Part shown: in pieces, positions 11,144 through 21,604 of the stretch
How positions within the stretch are numbered: position 1 is the stretch's first letter
How the letters are laid out: each line of letters opens with the position of its first letter
Source: an uncultured Planctomycetaceae bacterium
GTDB lineage: Bacteria > Planctomycetota > Planctomycetia > Planctomycetales > Planctomycetaceae
DNA: 64,000 nucleotides
Assembly: GCA_963815195.1 (NCBI GenBank)
Contig: CAWFGE010000008.1
Location: 224,001-288,000 of the forward strand
Direction of reading: 5' to 3'
Position numbers and translations under genes: made by a program
Notes under the pieces: generated by a model
The model's database searches: none
Told to the model about the DNA's origin: nothing
Seen by the model: the letters and a program-made list of their open reading frames with translations, nothing else

Positions 11144-11806
11144 CTAGAATCGGCCTTCGATGTAGACCCCGGATCGCGGCCGGCGATAGGGCCGCCAGCG
11201 GTAATGCGGTCCAAAACCACCGAAAACGATCGGCCGCGGCGGTGCCGGTTCCACGATCACCACCGGCGGCGGGGACGGGGCGGCGACGTAAGCGGCCGGT
11301 GCAATGGCGGCCGGAGCAACGCCGGCGGGCGGGCTGGATTGCATCGCGGCGATCACGTGGTCGCTGACGCCACTGGCTTTCAGGTTGATGAGCGATTGGG
11401 GGCTGGTGTCGAACCGGCCGCCTCGGGTTTGAATGGCGTTGATGATCACCTCGTCGCCCAAGCCGTTCTGGGCCATGTAGACCACGTCGTGATTGCTGAC
11501 CGCTCCCGCGAGTTGCTGCTGTCTCTGGGTGTTTTGGGCGTAGGCATACGCGGCGTCGCGCTCGGCCCGGGCTTTTTCGGCGTCGCCCACCAAGGCTCCG
11601 CCGAGCGCCCCGGCCGCGGCTCCGACCAAGGCCCCAGTGCCCGCGTGTCCCGATCCTTCGCCGATGATCGCCCCGGTCAAAGCCCCCAGGCCCGATCCGG
11701 CCATTGTGGTCCGGGTGACCGGATCGTATTGGGCACAACCCATCGGCCAGCACGCGAAAAGTCCGAGGCCCATCCAGGGCAAAGCGAAAATGCGAATCCG
11801 TTGCAT
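11144..11806 (-). CDS. Glycine-zipper putative lipoprotein
   Basis: Signal-like N-terminus with Cys, GSGLGALTGAIIG...GALVGAAAGALGGALVG, Pro-rich C-terminus. Confidence 0.75.
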   Translation of the reverse strand: MQRIRIFALPWMGLGLFACWPMGCAQYDPVTRTTMAGSGLGALTGAIIGEGSGHAGTGALVGAAAGALGGALVGDAEKARAERDAAYAYAQNTQRQQQLAGAVSNHDVVYMAQNGLGDEVIINAIQTRGGRFDTSPQSLINLKASGVSDHVIAAMQSSPPAGVAPAAIAPAAYVAAPSPPPVVIVEPAPPRPIVFGGFGPHYRWRPYRRPRSGVYIEGRF

Positions 11807-11982
11807 TTTTGAAGTTCCATGTTTGATGCCGAGCGGAAGGAGAGATTATCCCCAAGGTTCCGATTGGAAAAATCGGCGAAGTTTACCGGCCCACATGAAA
11901 AAAGTCACCACGAATCTCGTGGTGACTCACAAAAAACCAGTTGGAGGCGGGGACCGCCTCGGAGCCGTTTTCCGAGACGAAA

Positions 11983-12639
11983 TCAATCCCGGTTAAACAG
12001 GGCGGATAAGAAACTGAGCAAACCCAGTACGAACATGATGGGCGGGTAGAAAAAGATCACGCCGCCTGCGAGTCCCGCCACAAACCAGATCACCGCAATC
12101 ACCATCGCCACAATGCCCCCGATCACCGTGGGCGGCGTCTCGCCCGACTCCCGGGACCGCGAGGAGCGTTTTTTCTTTTTCGGTTTGGATTTGGGTTTGG
12201 AGGCCCGGCGAGCCGGGGGACTTCGGCGGGGCGGCGGAGCTTCGTAGTCGTCGTAGGATTCGTAGTCGTCGTAAATTTCGTCATTGCCGTAGTCCTCGAA
12301 GTCGGTGGCAGAACCGAAGTCATCATCCGGGGTGGAAATGATCTCGAAGACGTTGGGATCCGCAACCGCCGCTTCGCGGTTGGGCTTTCGGCGTGCGGAC
12401 CGCTGGGCGGTTTTCGCCGTCGTGGAAGAGGACCGTTGCCTCACGGGAGTGGTCTCGGATGGCCGGGAAGCGGCGCGGCGCGGATTGGCGGGTTCCGCCG
12501 TGACGACCGAAGCCTCCGGCAGGGGGATTTCAAACGGCGTCGTACACTGGGGACACTTCACTTTTTTGCCCCAATGTTTGGAACTGGCTTTGATCGTCGT
12601 TTTGCATCCCGGACATTTCACTCGGACTTGATCGCTCAT
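11983..12639 (-). CDS. Zinc-ribbon protein with C-terminal TM hairpin
   Basis: VKCPGC...VKCPQC, acidic/basic linker, two hydrophobic helices. Confidence 0.75.
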   Translation of the reverse strand: MSDQVRVKCPGCKTTIKASSKHWGKKVKCPQCTTPFEIPLPEASVVTAEPANPRRAASRPSETTPVRQRSSSTTAKTAQRSARRKPNREAAVADPNVFEIISTPDDDFGSATDFEDYGNDEIYDDYESYDDYEAPPPRRSPPARRASKPKSKPKKKKRSSRSRESGETPPTVIGGIVAMVIAVIWFVAGLAGGVIFFYPPIMFVLGLLSFLSALFNRD

Positions 12640-12969
12640 CTCGGCTCCCGCAGATTGTTCCCCCAACGGGGTGAGTCGGAAATAAAGATGCCTGAAGTGA
12701 ATGAGGCGAGGCAATAGGTTAGAGGATACCGGAAATGCGAGAAGTGTCCAGAGGTGTCCGCGAAACTTTCTTGCTGTACGATTTACACAACGGGGCCCCT
12801 CGCCGAATCGGGATTTCTATTTTATCATGGCATTGGAGAACGAGTGGGAAGCTGAAACCGAACCGCTTTGTTCGCGAGTATGGTCTCTAAGTTCTGCGAC
12901 ACCAAATCCTTGCTCGCGGGTTCGATTCTGAAAGACGGATTCCTTCAAAGAAAAAACTTGAGGATCATC

Positions 12970-14928
12970 ATGGCATCTCGAATGATACTGGCGGCGGCCC
13001 TGCTCGCTTTGGGCAGTCAACAGGGACTGGCTGCGGAAGATAAGGCGAAGGCTTCGCCGGTGGGTCGAGCCGTGGCCGAGTTTTCGCTCAAGGATTATCG
13101 CGGCAAGGTGCATAAGCTCTCCGACTCGACCGACAAGAAGCTGCTGGTCGTCGTGTATCTGGGCACCGAATGCCCGCTCGCGAAACTCTATGCCCCGCGG
13201 CTGGCGAGTCTTTATGAAAAGTATGCGGACAAAGGCGTGGGCTTTTTGGGGATCAATGCAAATCGGCAGGATTCCCTCACCGAAATCGCCGCCCATGCCC
13301 GGATTCATGACCTGAAATTCCCGGTGCTCAAAGACCTGGGCAACGAAGTGGCCGACCAGATGGGAGCGGTCCGCACGCCGGAAGTTTTCGTGCTGGATCA
13401 AGACCGCAAGGTCCGCTACCACGGGCGGATCGACGACCAGTACGGCGTGGGCTACATCCGCGAGCAAGTCACCCGCGAAGACCTGGCGGCCGCGCTCGAT
13501 GAACTCCTCGCGGGCCAGAACGTCTCCCAACCGGAAACCGAAGCCGTGGGCTGTTTCATCGGCCGGATTCGGGACGTGAACCCCAAGGGCCACGTCACCT
13601 GGTCCAATCAGATCGCCCGGCTGTTCCAGAAGCGGTGTGTGGAATGTCACCGCGAAGGCGACATCGCTCCGTTTTCGCTGACGAATTACGACGAGGTCGC
13701 GGGCTGGGCGGACACGATCGCCGAGGTCATCGAAGACAATCGCATGCCGCCCTGGCACGCCAGCCCAAAGTACGGCGAGTTTGCGAACGATCGGCATCTG
13801 TCCGACGCGGAAAAGAAATTGGTCGACCAATGGGTGGCCGACGGCGCTCCCGAAGGCGATCCGAAAAACCTGCCCCAGCCGCGGACGTTCCTCACGGGCT
13901 GGCAACTTCCGCAGGAGCCGGAACTGGTCATCAACATGCGGGACGAGCCGTTCGATGTCCCCGCCGAGGGCGCGGTGCGGTATCAGTATTTCCAGGTCGA
14001 TCCCGGCTTCACGGAAGACAAGTGGATCAAAATGGCCGAGGTCCAACCGGGCAACCGCGCGGTGGTGCATCATATCCTCGTCATCGTCCGGCCGCCCGAA
14101 GGCTTTAAGAGGGGCGGCCTCGAGCGGAGCGAATGGCTCGCGGGTTATGTGCCGGGACTGCGGGCGAAAAAGTATCCGGACGGGCACGCCAAGCTCATCC
14201 CGGCGGGATCGAAGCTCGTGTTCCAAGTCCACTACACGCCGGACGGCAGCCCACAGAAGGACCTCAGCCGGGTGGGGTTGATCTTCGCCAAGCCGGACGA
14301 AGTCGAGAAGGCCATCGTGACGACGAAAGCCGTCAATCACCGGTTTCGCATTCCGCCGCACACGGACGACCACAAGGTGGAAGCCAGCAGCGGGAGCCTG
14401 CCGGTCGATGTGGAACTGTTGGCGATGATGCCGCACATGCACCTCCGCGGCAAGTCGTTCCATTACGAAGCGGTCTATCCCGACGGCAAGCGGGAAATTC
14501 TCTTGGATGTGCCGGCGTATGATTTCAACTGGCAGACGGGCTATCTGCTCGAACAGCCGAAGACGTTCCCCGCCGGCACCAAGATGCACTGCGTGGCCCA
14601 TTTCGACAATTCCAAGTTCAACCTCGCCAACCCCGATCCGAAGAAGACGGTGACCTGGGGCGATCAGACGTGGAACGAAATGATGATCGGCTACTTCGAC
14701 ATCGCCGTGCCCGTCGAAATCGTCCGCCCCGACAAAGCCAAGGACGCCAAAGACCGCGCGGCCGCGATCCTCAATCGCTACGACAAAAATCAAAACGGCC
14801 AAATCGAGCGCAGCGAACCGCCCCAAGCCCTCCTGGGAATCTTCGACCGCCTGGACCAAAACGGCGATAAAGTCCTCACCGAAGCCGAACTCCTCAAAGC
14901 CGCGAAACTGCTGCCCAACCTGCGGTGA
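12970..14928 (+). CDS. Secreted redoxin + cytochrome c + Cu-monooxygenase-like + EF-hand protein
   Basis: Signal peptide; GTECP and RTPEVFVLD (AhpC/TSA-like); CVECH heme motif; VVHH, PHMHLRG, EMM; DKNQNGQI and DQNGDKVL EF-hands. Confidence 0.8.
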   Translation: MASRMILAAALLALGSQQGLAAEDKAKASPVGRAVAEFSLKDYRGKVHKLSDSTDKKLLVVVYLGTECPLAKLYAPRLASLYEKYADKGVGFLGINANRQDSLTEIAAHARIHDLKFPVLKDLGNEVADQMGAVRTPEVFVLDQDRKVRYHGRIDDQYGVGYIREQVTREDLAAALDELLAGQNVSQPETEAVGCFIGRIRDVNPKGHVTWSNQIARLFQKRCVECHREGDIAPFSLTNYDEVAGWADTIAEVIEDNRMPPWHASPKYGEFANDRHLSDAEKKLVDQWVADGAPEGDPKNLPQPRTFLTGWQLPQEPELVINMRDEPFDVPAEGAVRYQYFQVDPGFTEDKWIKMAEVQPGNRAVVHHILVIVRPPEGFKRGGLERSEWLAGYVPGLRAKKYPDGHAKLIPAGSKLVFQVHYTPDGSPQKDLSRVGLIFAKPDEVEKAIVTTKAVNHRFRIPPHTDDHKVEASSGSLPVDVELLAMMPHMHLRGKSFHYEAVYPDGKREILLDVPAYDFNWQTGYLLEQPKTFPAGTKMHCVAHFDNSKFNLANPDPKKTVTWGDQTWNEMMIGYFDIAVPVEIVRPDKAKDAKDRAAAILNRYDKNQNGQIERSEPPQALLGIFDRLDQNGDKVLTEAELLKAAKLLPNLR

Positions 14929-14941
14929 GTTCCTTCATGCC

Positions 14942-15679
14942 TCAGCCGCGGCCGAGGTAGAGTTGATCGCTCGGCAGCACGATCGCTTCGAGGAAGTTCA
15001 CATCCGGCGGGAGCGTCAACATCGCGAGCGCGGCTTGGGCGATGGTTTCCACGGTCATCATCGGTTCCTCGTCCGCGGAGTGGCCGCTGTCCTCTCGTCG
15101 TTCCACGCGGACGTTGCCCGGGTGCAGGCAGCTGCACGCGATGTGAAACGGCCGGCCGTCGAGGGCGACCGCTTGCGTCAGCCCCCACACCCCGAACTTG
15201 GCCGCGGCGTAAGGCGAACCATTTGCGCGCGGCCGCTGCGCGGAGATCGAGCCGATGTTCAGAATCCGCCCGCCGCCTTGGTTCTTCATGATGGAGAACG
15301 CGGCCCGGCTGCACAGAAACGCCCCCGTCAGGCAGGCCCCGATCACGTTGTTCCACGCTTCGAGCGTGACTTCATCCACCCGCCCGCCGTCGAACGCCCC
15401 CGCGTTATTCACGAGGATGTCGACGCGGCCGAACCGCTTCATCACCGCTTCGAAGAACGCCGCCACCGCGTCTTCGTCGGCCACGTCCACTTGCCTTGCG
15501 AGCACATCCACCCCGTGCTCTTCCAGATCGCTTTGGGCGGCGGAGAGCTTGTCGAGGTTCCGTCCGCAGATCGCCAGATGGCATCCCTCGCCCGCGAGCG
15601 CCTGGGCAATGCCTTGGCCGATCCCGCCATTGCCGCCTGTGATCACCGCGACTTGATTTTCCAACCGTTTCCGCGCCAT
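14942..15679 (-). CDS. SDR family oxidoreductase
   Basis: TGGNGGIG, VNNAG, YAAAK. Confidence 0.92.
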   Translation of the reverse strand: MARKRLENQVAVITGGNGGIGQGIAQALAGEGCHLAICGRNLDKLSAAQSDLEEHGVDVLARQVDVADEDAVAAFFEAVMKRFGRVDILVNNAGAFDGGRVDEVTLEAWNNVIGACLTGAFLCSRAAFSIMKNQGGGRILNIGSISAQRPRANGSPYAAAKFGVWGLTQAVALDGRPFHIACSCLHPGNVRVERREDSGHSADEEPMMTVETIAQAALAMLTLPPDVNFLEAIVLPSDQLYLGRG

Positions 15680-15765
15680 CGGGTCCCGCCTCTTTTCCAA
15701 GTGTCAAAAGAAAACTGTCGATTCCCGTTCGATCGTAGTGGATCCGTGCAAAGCTCGGCAATGGG

Positions 15766-16050
15766 CCGCGCGACCGGAGCGGCGGCATCTTGCCGCCGGA
15801 GGGGTGGCTGGGCGCAAAGGAATGTTCCCAGGAAAAAAGGGATTTGAGGCCTGGGGCCGTGTGAGATTTTTCTCGCCCGGCCGCAGCCCCAGCATTCACA
15901 GTTCGAGCCTTATCTCCAAGGGGATTTGCGCCCCAGCCACCCGAACCGCGCGACCGTAGCGGCGGCATCTTGCCGCCGTGGATGGAACTACGGCGGCTGG
16001 AAGCCGCCGGTACCGAAAAACGGTTCGGGGCCGAGATGCCGCTGCTACGG
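15766..16050. repeat. REP-like cluster (G[T/G]AGCGGCGGCATCTTGCCGCC family) flanking MITE copy 3
   Basis: 33-bp direct repeats 15766-15798 and 15946-15978 (1 mismatch); inverted partners near 15991-16013 and 16029-16050; a related pair at ~37823-37880. Confidence 0.7.
15802..15942. mobile_element. MITE-like element, copy 3 (inverted, diverged)
   Basis: Reverse complement of 5053-5194 with scattered substitutions; same TIRs, one G shorter. Confidence 0.75.
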
Positions 16051-16398
16051 AACAACAGATTTTTTGCGATTTTTCCGGTTTTTTCGATCCGGGCGGAATT
16101 CTGTTCTGCCCGCGATTTTTTTCGCTAAAATGAACTTCGGGAAATCTCCCGAATTCCGTGAACCCGGACCCGGCAAACTGCGTTTAACGTAAGGTAAGGT
16201 GATGAGGGCGGTTCAATCCCTCGGCCGGCCAGTTTGAAAAAATTTCTAAAACCCGGCAAATCGAGTTAAGAACCCCAAATCCCCAACGAATAACCCAGTG
16301 TTTGAGAGGCCCGGCTGAGACGTTTCACCCAGAAAAACAGCCTAACCTCTTGATAAGTAAGCGTTTGTGTCCCGAACACGCAAAAGTGAGGAGTAGTC

Positions 16399-17214
16399 AT
16401 GTGTAAAAAAGCAGCGATTGGTGCAGGAGTTCTTTTTGTTGTGGGTGCCCTGATATTCGGCGTCAGCAACATGGTAAGCATGATGAAAGTCGGCGGGCAC
16501 AAGGTGTCCGACTACGTGAACGATCAGGTGCCCATCTCGGCCAAGATCGAACTGCTCGATCAGAAGCTGAACGAGCTGGGTCCGAAAATCGACGACGGCA
16601 AACGGATTGTCGCCAAGCAGGAAATCCGGGTCAAAAAGCTGAATGGTGAAATCGAAGAAAAAATGGCCGCCCTCGACAAACAATGGAATGCCATTGTCGA
16701 GTTGCGGGAAGCCGTCGCCAAGGACGAGCCGCAATACGTTTACGCCGGCCAGACTTACACCAAAGAGGAAGTTCAAAGCGACCTGGAAAAGAAATACGAC
16801 CGCTACAAAGCCGCCGAAGACGCCGCCAATCAGCAAAAAGAGCTGCTGACCGTTCGGCAGCGGGTTTTGAAGGCCAATCAACAGTCCCTGGCGAATCTGG
16901 CGGATTCCCAAGCCAAGCTCAACATCATGATCGAGAAGCTTCGCGCCCGCCAGGAAACCATCAAAGCCAAGCAGATCGAAAACCTGCAAACGGTGGACGA
17001 TTCGCCGACCGGCGACATCAAGAAGCTCTACGACAGCATCGATGAGCAACTCAGCGTCGAAGAACGCCTGATCGAAATGGAAGGCGACGACGTGGGCGAG
17101 ATCAAAGTCAACGAAACGAAGAAACAGGACATTCTCGAAGAGATCGACGCCCGCCGGGCCGAAAAAGCCGTGGACGGGAAGAAGACCGAACTTATCAAGA
17201 GTGAAATCCACTAA
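16399..17214 (+). CDS. Membrane-anchored long coiled-coil protein, PspA/IM30-like
   Basis: Strong RBS GAGGAG; N-terminal hydrophobic anchor followed by heptad-rich helices; length similar to PspA. Confidence 0.55.
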   Translation: MCKKAAIGAGVLFVVGALIFGVSNMVSMMKVGGHKVSDYVNDQVPISAKIELLDQKLNELGPKIDDGKRIVAKQEIRVKKLNGEIEEKMAALDKQWNAIVELREAVAKDEPQYVYAGQTYTKEEVQSDLEKKYDRYKAAEDAANQQKELLTVRQRVLKANQQSLANLADSQAKLNIMIEKLRARQETIKAKQIENLQTVDDSPTGDIKKLYDSIDEQLSVEERLIEMEGDDVGEIKVNETKKQDILEEIDARRAEKAVDGKKTELIKSEIH

Positions 17215-17249
17215 ATCAGGTCCTCGCGCCTGACTTGTCCGGGACATCG

Positions 17250-17282
17250 AGGCAACGGGTTTGGAAATCAGGCCCGTTGCCT
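17250..17282 (+). terminator. Stem-loop downstream of the coiled-coil gene
   Basis: AGGCAACGGGTTTG...CAGGCCCGTTGCCT; weak U-tract. Confidence 0.45.
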
Positions 17283-17342
17283 TCTCCCTGCCACGGTTTT
17301 CTTTAGGGTCCGCTTCGCTTTGCCAATCCGCTGAGGCTTTCG

Positions 17343-18023
17343 ATGGATAATGCCGCCGCGACTGTCAACCTTCACTCAAATCCTCCGGGGGACGCACTCG
17401 CCCGGCAGTATTTGTTGTGGGTGGACGGGGTCGGCGTGTTTCTGTTATGCCTCGAAGAGGAAGTCAGCATCGGCGGGCACCGCAAGGACGAAGATCGGGC
17501 CGACGTGTGCCTGATGTCGAACCTGGCCCGCAAACACGCCGTGATTCGCCGGGCGGCGGGTGACTACCACATCGAAGCCCGCGGCGAATTGACCTTAAAC
17601 GATCGACCGCTTTCCGAACCCGGCGGAACGTCGGCCTTGGGGCCGTCGGCGGAACTGGTTTTGGGCGGGGATGTGCCCGTGCGTTTTCGCCGGCCGAACG
17701 GTCTCAGCCTGACCGCGACGCTCGAATTTCAAAGTTCCTACAGTCCCCTCGCCGGTCAGCCGCCGATGATGGTGGACCAGGTGATTTTGATGGAACAGAA
17801 CTGTCTCATCGGCCCGGGGGCCGATCAGCATGTCCGCCTGGACGATTGCGAAGAAGGCGTGCTCTTGTACCGGAGCAAAGGCCGCTTGTGGTGCAAGTCC
17901 CGCTCGTCGTTCGCCGTCAACGACAAGCCCGTCATCCACACGAGCCGGCTGGCTTCGGGAGACGTCGTGGCGGGCCGCGATTTTCGGTTCCGGCTGGAAG
18001 CTTTGGAACCGGCGGAGAAGTAA
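17343..18023 (+). CDS. Tandem FHA-like domain protein
   Basis: VSIGG..ADVCL.SNLARKHAVI, and a second repeat CLIGPGADQHV...LASGDVV; upstream of a Ser/Thr kinase. Confidence 0.65.
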   Translation: MDNAAATVNLHSNPPGDALARQYLLWVDGVGVFLLCLEEEVSIGGHRKDEDRADVCLMSNLARKHAVIRRAAGDYHIEARGELTLNDRPLSEPGGTSALGPSAELVLGGDVPVRFRRPNGLSLTATLEFQSSYSPLAGQPPMMVDQVILMEQNCLIGPGADQHVRLDDCEEGVLLYRSKGRLWCKSRSSFAVNDKPVIHTSRLASGDVVAGRDFRFRLEALEPAEK

Positions 18024-18190
18024 AAACAAGTGAAGAAAAGACAGCCTCGCACGAAGTCAGCGGCAACAGAAGCGTGATAAAGTAAAACCGACCGCTTACT
18101 TCGTGCGCGGCTCTTCAGAGAGTTTTAAGAGCGACAAAACCTGTTGGCATTATTCCGTATTTCGGCCGCGAACCTGATGGCAGGCCTATT

Positions 18191-20191
18191 ATGAAACTCA
18201 CCTATCCCCCCGAATCCAAGCCGCTCGAGGGATACACGATCAAACGTGCCATTGCGCGTGGCGGGTTTGGCGAGGTGTATTACGCCGTGAGCGACGCCGG
18301 CAAGGAAGTGGCCCTCAAACTCCTCCGGCAGAACCTGGAAGTCGAGTTGCGGGGCGTGTCACAGTGCCTGAATCTCAACCATCCCAACCTGGTTTTGATT
18401 TACGACATCCGCACCGATTCGCAGGGCGACCACTGGATCATCATGGAATACGTGGCGGGCAATACGCTCGACCAGGTGCTCGATGATGCCGGGGGTCCCT
18501 TGCCTTTGCGCGACGTCCGGCATTGGCTGTCCGAGATCACCTCGGGCCTCACGTATCTCCACAGCCGGGGCCTCGTGCACCGGGACCTCAAGCCGGCGAA
18601 CATTTTTGAGAGTGGCGGCACGATCAAGATCGGCGACGTGGGGCTGTCGAAATTCATCTCCGAAAGCCAGGCCCATGCCCAGACCCAAAGCGTGGGCACC
18701 GTGCATTACATGGCCCCGGAAGTCGCCCACGGCCGCTATGGGAAAACCGTGGATGTGTATGCGTTGGGCGTGATTTTGTGGGAGATGATCACGGGCGAGG
18801 TGCCGTTCGACGGCGAATCGCAAGCCGAGATCTTGATGAAGCACCTCACCGAGCCGCCCGACCTCAACAAGCTCCCGCCGCGGTTGCGGCCGATCCTCGC
18901 GCGGGCTCTCGAAAAAGATCCGAGCCGGCGGTATCAATCCGCGGCCGAGCTGGAGCGAAACTTCGAGCGGGCGGTGAAAGACATGGAACACGGAATCACT
19001 GATCTGGCCGATACGGTTTACCCCGCCGGCTCTTCGCAGGGCAAGCGCCCGGTGGCGCCGCCGCCTCCGCCGCCCATTCACGAACGCTACGCGGCGTCCT
19101 ACGACCGCGACCGGTATTCGCGTTATGCCGGGGCGGGCGAACGCTCCGGGGGCTTGGGGGCGGGGAAGTGGATTTTGGTCGCGGTCGTCGTGATGGCTTT
19201 GTTTCCCCGGTTGATTTTCGGGCATGGGTTTTCCCGGTTGGTTGTGCTCGGCGGGTTGGTGACGGCATTGCTGTATGCTCTGAGCCGATTGCGGAATTAC
19301 GCCCTGGGCACGCCCGCTTATCCTTTGCCCCGGATCGATCGCCGGCCTCCTCCGCCGCCCCGCCCCACGCGGGAGGAACTTCGCTACGTGGCGCAGCAGC
19401 GGCGGCAAGAGCGCATGGCGGCGTTGGAGGAACGAAAGGCCGCGATCCGCGCCGCCCGAAACGCCCGCCGGTTTCAATATGCCACCCGCCAAAAACGGCG
19501 CGGCTATGCCAACGTCTCCCCGTCGGCCCAGCGGAATCTGTCCCTTCGGCAGCGGGCCTCGGAGATGTCCACCTCGTTGACGTTCGCCTCCTTGACCACC
19601 GCCTTGTTGACGGCCGGGCTCGTGTTGATGACGAGCTTTCTCGCCGACACGCGGCTGGCCTTGTTTGGGGCGGTGACGCTCATCGGTTCCTCGGTGATCC
19701 TCGGGACCGCTAAACTGCTCGAAGGCCGCGGCCAGGGTTGGGGCAACAAGCGCCTCGCCTTTTTAGCGGCTGGGGCTCTCGTGGGAGCGGCGGCGTGGTT
19801 TGTGACGACGAACCTGTTCATCACGTTCCAACAAACCATCGACGGTGACATGGCCCGCGGCGAGACCGCCTTCGGCCCCGTTTCCAGCCATATCGTTTTG
19901 ACGGACACCGCGGGACAACCGACGATTGCCGGGTTTGCCTTGTTCTTCGCCGGGCTGTTCTTCCTCAGGCGTTGGGCCTGGCATGCCGATTCCTTCCGCG
20001 ACAAGCGGTTCCGCCTGCGGTCGGTGCTGCTCACAACGGGGATCGGTTTTATCTGGGCTTTAGTCGTCGGGTTCCCCGTGATGTGGGGCGTGACCTGGGC
20101 CGCGGCCCTTTCCAGCGTGGTGCAACTGTCGGCCTGTTGGGTTCCTCCCGAAGAACGACACCGAATGATGGAGACCCAAAACAATGTCTAG
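18191..20191 (+). CDS. Hanks-type Ser/Thr protein kinase with multi-TM C-terminus
   Basis: IARGGFGEVY, VALK, HRDLKPAN, DVG, GTVHYMAPE, DVYALG. Confidence 0.95.
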   Translation: MKLTYPPESKPLEGYTIKRAIARGGFGEVYYAVSDAGKEVALKLLRQNLEVELRGVSQCLNLNHPNLVLIYDIRTDSQGDHWIIMEYVAGNTLDQVLDDAGGPLPLRDVRHWLSEITSGLTYLHSRGLVHRDLKPANIFESGGTIKIGDVGLSKFISESQAHAQTQSVGTVHYMAPEVAHGRYGKTVDVYALGVILWEMITGEVPFDGESQAEILMKHLTEPPDLNKLPPRLRPILARALEKDPSRRYQSAAELERNFERAVKDMEHGITDLADTVYPAGSSQGKRPVAPPPPPPIHERYAASYDRDRYSRYAGAGERSGGLGAGKWILVAVVVMALFPRLIFGHGFSRLVVLGGLVTALLYALSRLRNYALGTPAYPLPRIDRRPPPPPRPTREELRYVAQQRRQERMAALEERKAAIRAARNARRFQYATRQKRRGYANVSPSAQRNLSLRQRASEMSTSLTFASLTTALLTAGLVLMTSFLADTRLALFGAVTLIGSSVILGTAKLLEGRGQGWGNKRLAFLAAGALVGAAAWFVTTNLFITFQQTIDGDMARGETAFGPVSSHIVLTDTAGQPTIAGFALFFAGLFFLRRWAWHADSFRDKRFRLRSVLLTTGIGFIWALVVGFPVMWGVTWAAALSSVVQLSACWVPPEERHRMMETQNNV

Positions 20192-21065
20192 TATCGGCTT
20201 CGGAATTGTCTTTTTGGTAGTGGTCGCCTTTGTGCTGGGAACCAGCGCGCTCGCGAGCCATCGGCGGCTGTCCTGGAAAGGCAGCCTGACCCTAGGCTTG
20301 GGGAGCCTGTTGTGGGCATCGCCCGTGATTGCGGTGCTGGCATTCGTGGCGGTGCGGGTGATTCCCTATTTCCAGTTCGGCGCGGCGAACCATCACGCGC
20401 CGACGGCAAAACCGTCCTGGCTTCAAAGCGACGACGAGACCAAGACCGTGGAACTCGTGCCTTACTTCTCGAACGAGACGATGGATGTGTCGACGGACGA
20501 ATCCTCCAAGGAAAAACTGCCGGAGTGGACTTCGCACAAAATTCAACTCTTGGCGGCGACGAAGGGCCGGCCCGAACAGGAACATTGGCGGATCGTCTTG
20601 GAAAGCGATTGGGAAGTTTCGCCTGCCAAGGCCAATGAGAAGCTGAGCGATAAAGCCGCCCGGTTGGTGGGGGAAGACTTCCACCGCTTCTCTCCCGGTG
20701 GATCGGCTTTGCCTGCGGAAACCGTTCGGAATGCCGCGGTCCGCGCGGAAGCCCTCGCCGAGGAGACCTTCAACGAAGACACCAACCCCTTCAAAATGTA
20801 CAAGGCCTATTGGCAGGTGGAGCTCTCGCCTGAAGTTCGGCAGCAGGTGTCCGACACGTGGAAGCAGGAAATCTCCATTCGCCGCGCCTGGCTGTTGGGG
20901 GCCGTTCTCATGTTGTTCACTTTGATCGCGGGGACCTTGGCCGCGTATTTCCGCTTGGACGAGCGGTCCAACGGCCAACATCGGACGCGGCTGAAACTCG
21001 CCGCGGCCGCATTGATGACCGCCGGGGGCCTCGGTGTTTTGGCGACCTTGCCGCTTCTGGTTTAG
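20184..21065 (+). CDS. Membrane protein (2 N-terminal and 2 C-terminal TM helices)
   Basis: Overlaps the kinase stop; hydrophobic ends around a soluble domain. Confidence 0.7.
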   Translation: MSSIGFGIVFLVVVAFVLGTSALASHRRLSWKGSLTLGLGSLLWASPVIAVLAFVAVRVIPYFQFGAANHHAPTAKPSWLQSDDETKTVELVPYFSNETMDVSTDESSKEKLPEWTSHKIQLLAATKGRPEQEHWRIVLESDWEVSPAKANEKLSDKAARLVGEDFHRFSPGGSALPAETVRNAAVRAEALAEETFNEDTNPFKMYKAYWQVELSPEVRQQVSDTWKQEISIRRAWLLGAVLMLFTLIAGTLAAYFRLDERSNGQHRTRLKLAAAALMTAGGLGVLATLPLLV

Positions 21066-21156
21066 ACGATTTGTCGCGGCGGATTGGATTTGGATGAAAC
21101 CTCCCCGGTTTCCGCGCGGGAACCGGGGTTTTTCTGGGAACGCCGGGTGGGGAGTG

Positions 21157-21546
21157 ATGGGCAGTTTGCCGTTTTCCATTTCGGCCTACGGCGGATTGGG
21201 CCGGGCCGATGGCCTTGTTCGGCTCGAGGGGCATTCGGTGATCGTGGAGTTCGAAGTTCAAGACCGGCTCTTGGGCTGGTTTCGTTCCGAGCTCAAAGAG
21301 CAGCGGATTCCCCTTTCCGAAATCGACGACATCCGCCTGGAGACGCGCTGGTTTCGCAAGCCCCGGTTGGTCGTGCAGACCGAGACGATGCGGGTCTCCC
21401 GCCAAATTCCCGGCAGCCAGCACGGGACGTTCGAACTGACATTGGAACCCGGGCACGAACTGGCGGCGAGGCATCTCATCTCGACAATCGAAATCGCCAA
21501 GGCCGACGGCCGTGCTTCTCACCAGTCGCCCAACGGCTTAAAATAA
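21157..21546 (+). CDS. Hypothetical protein (beta-rich, possibly PH-like)
   Basis: RBS GGGGAG before ATG; plausible globular sequence. Confidence 0.6.
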   Translation: MGSLPFSISAYGGLGRADGLVRLEGHSVIVEFEVQDRLLGWFRSELKEQRIPLSEIDDIRLETRWFRKPRLVVQTETMRVSRQIPGSQHGTFELTLEPGHELAARHLISTIEIAKADGRASHQSPNGLK

Positions 21547-21604
21547 GTCGTGAGAGACTGTCGCATTTGTTCGGTTTTGCGGATAAGCGGATCTCCAACA
21601 CGGA

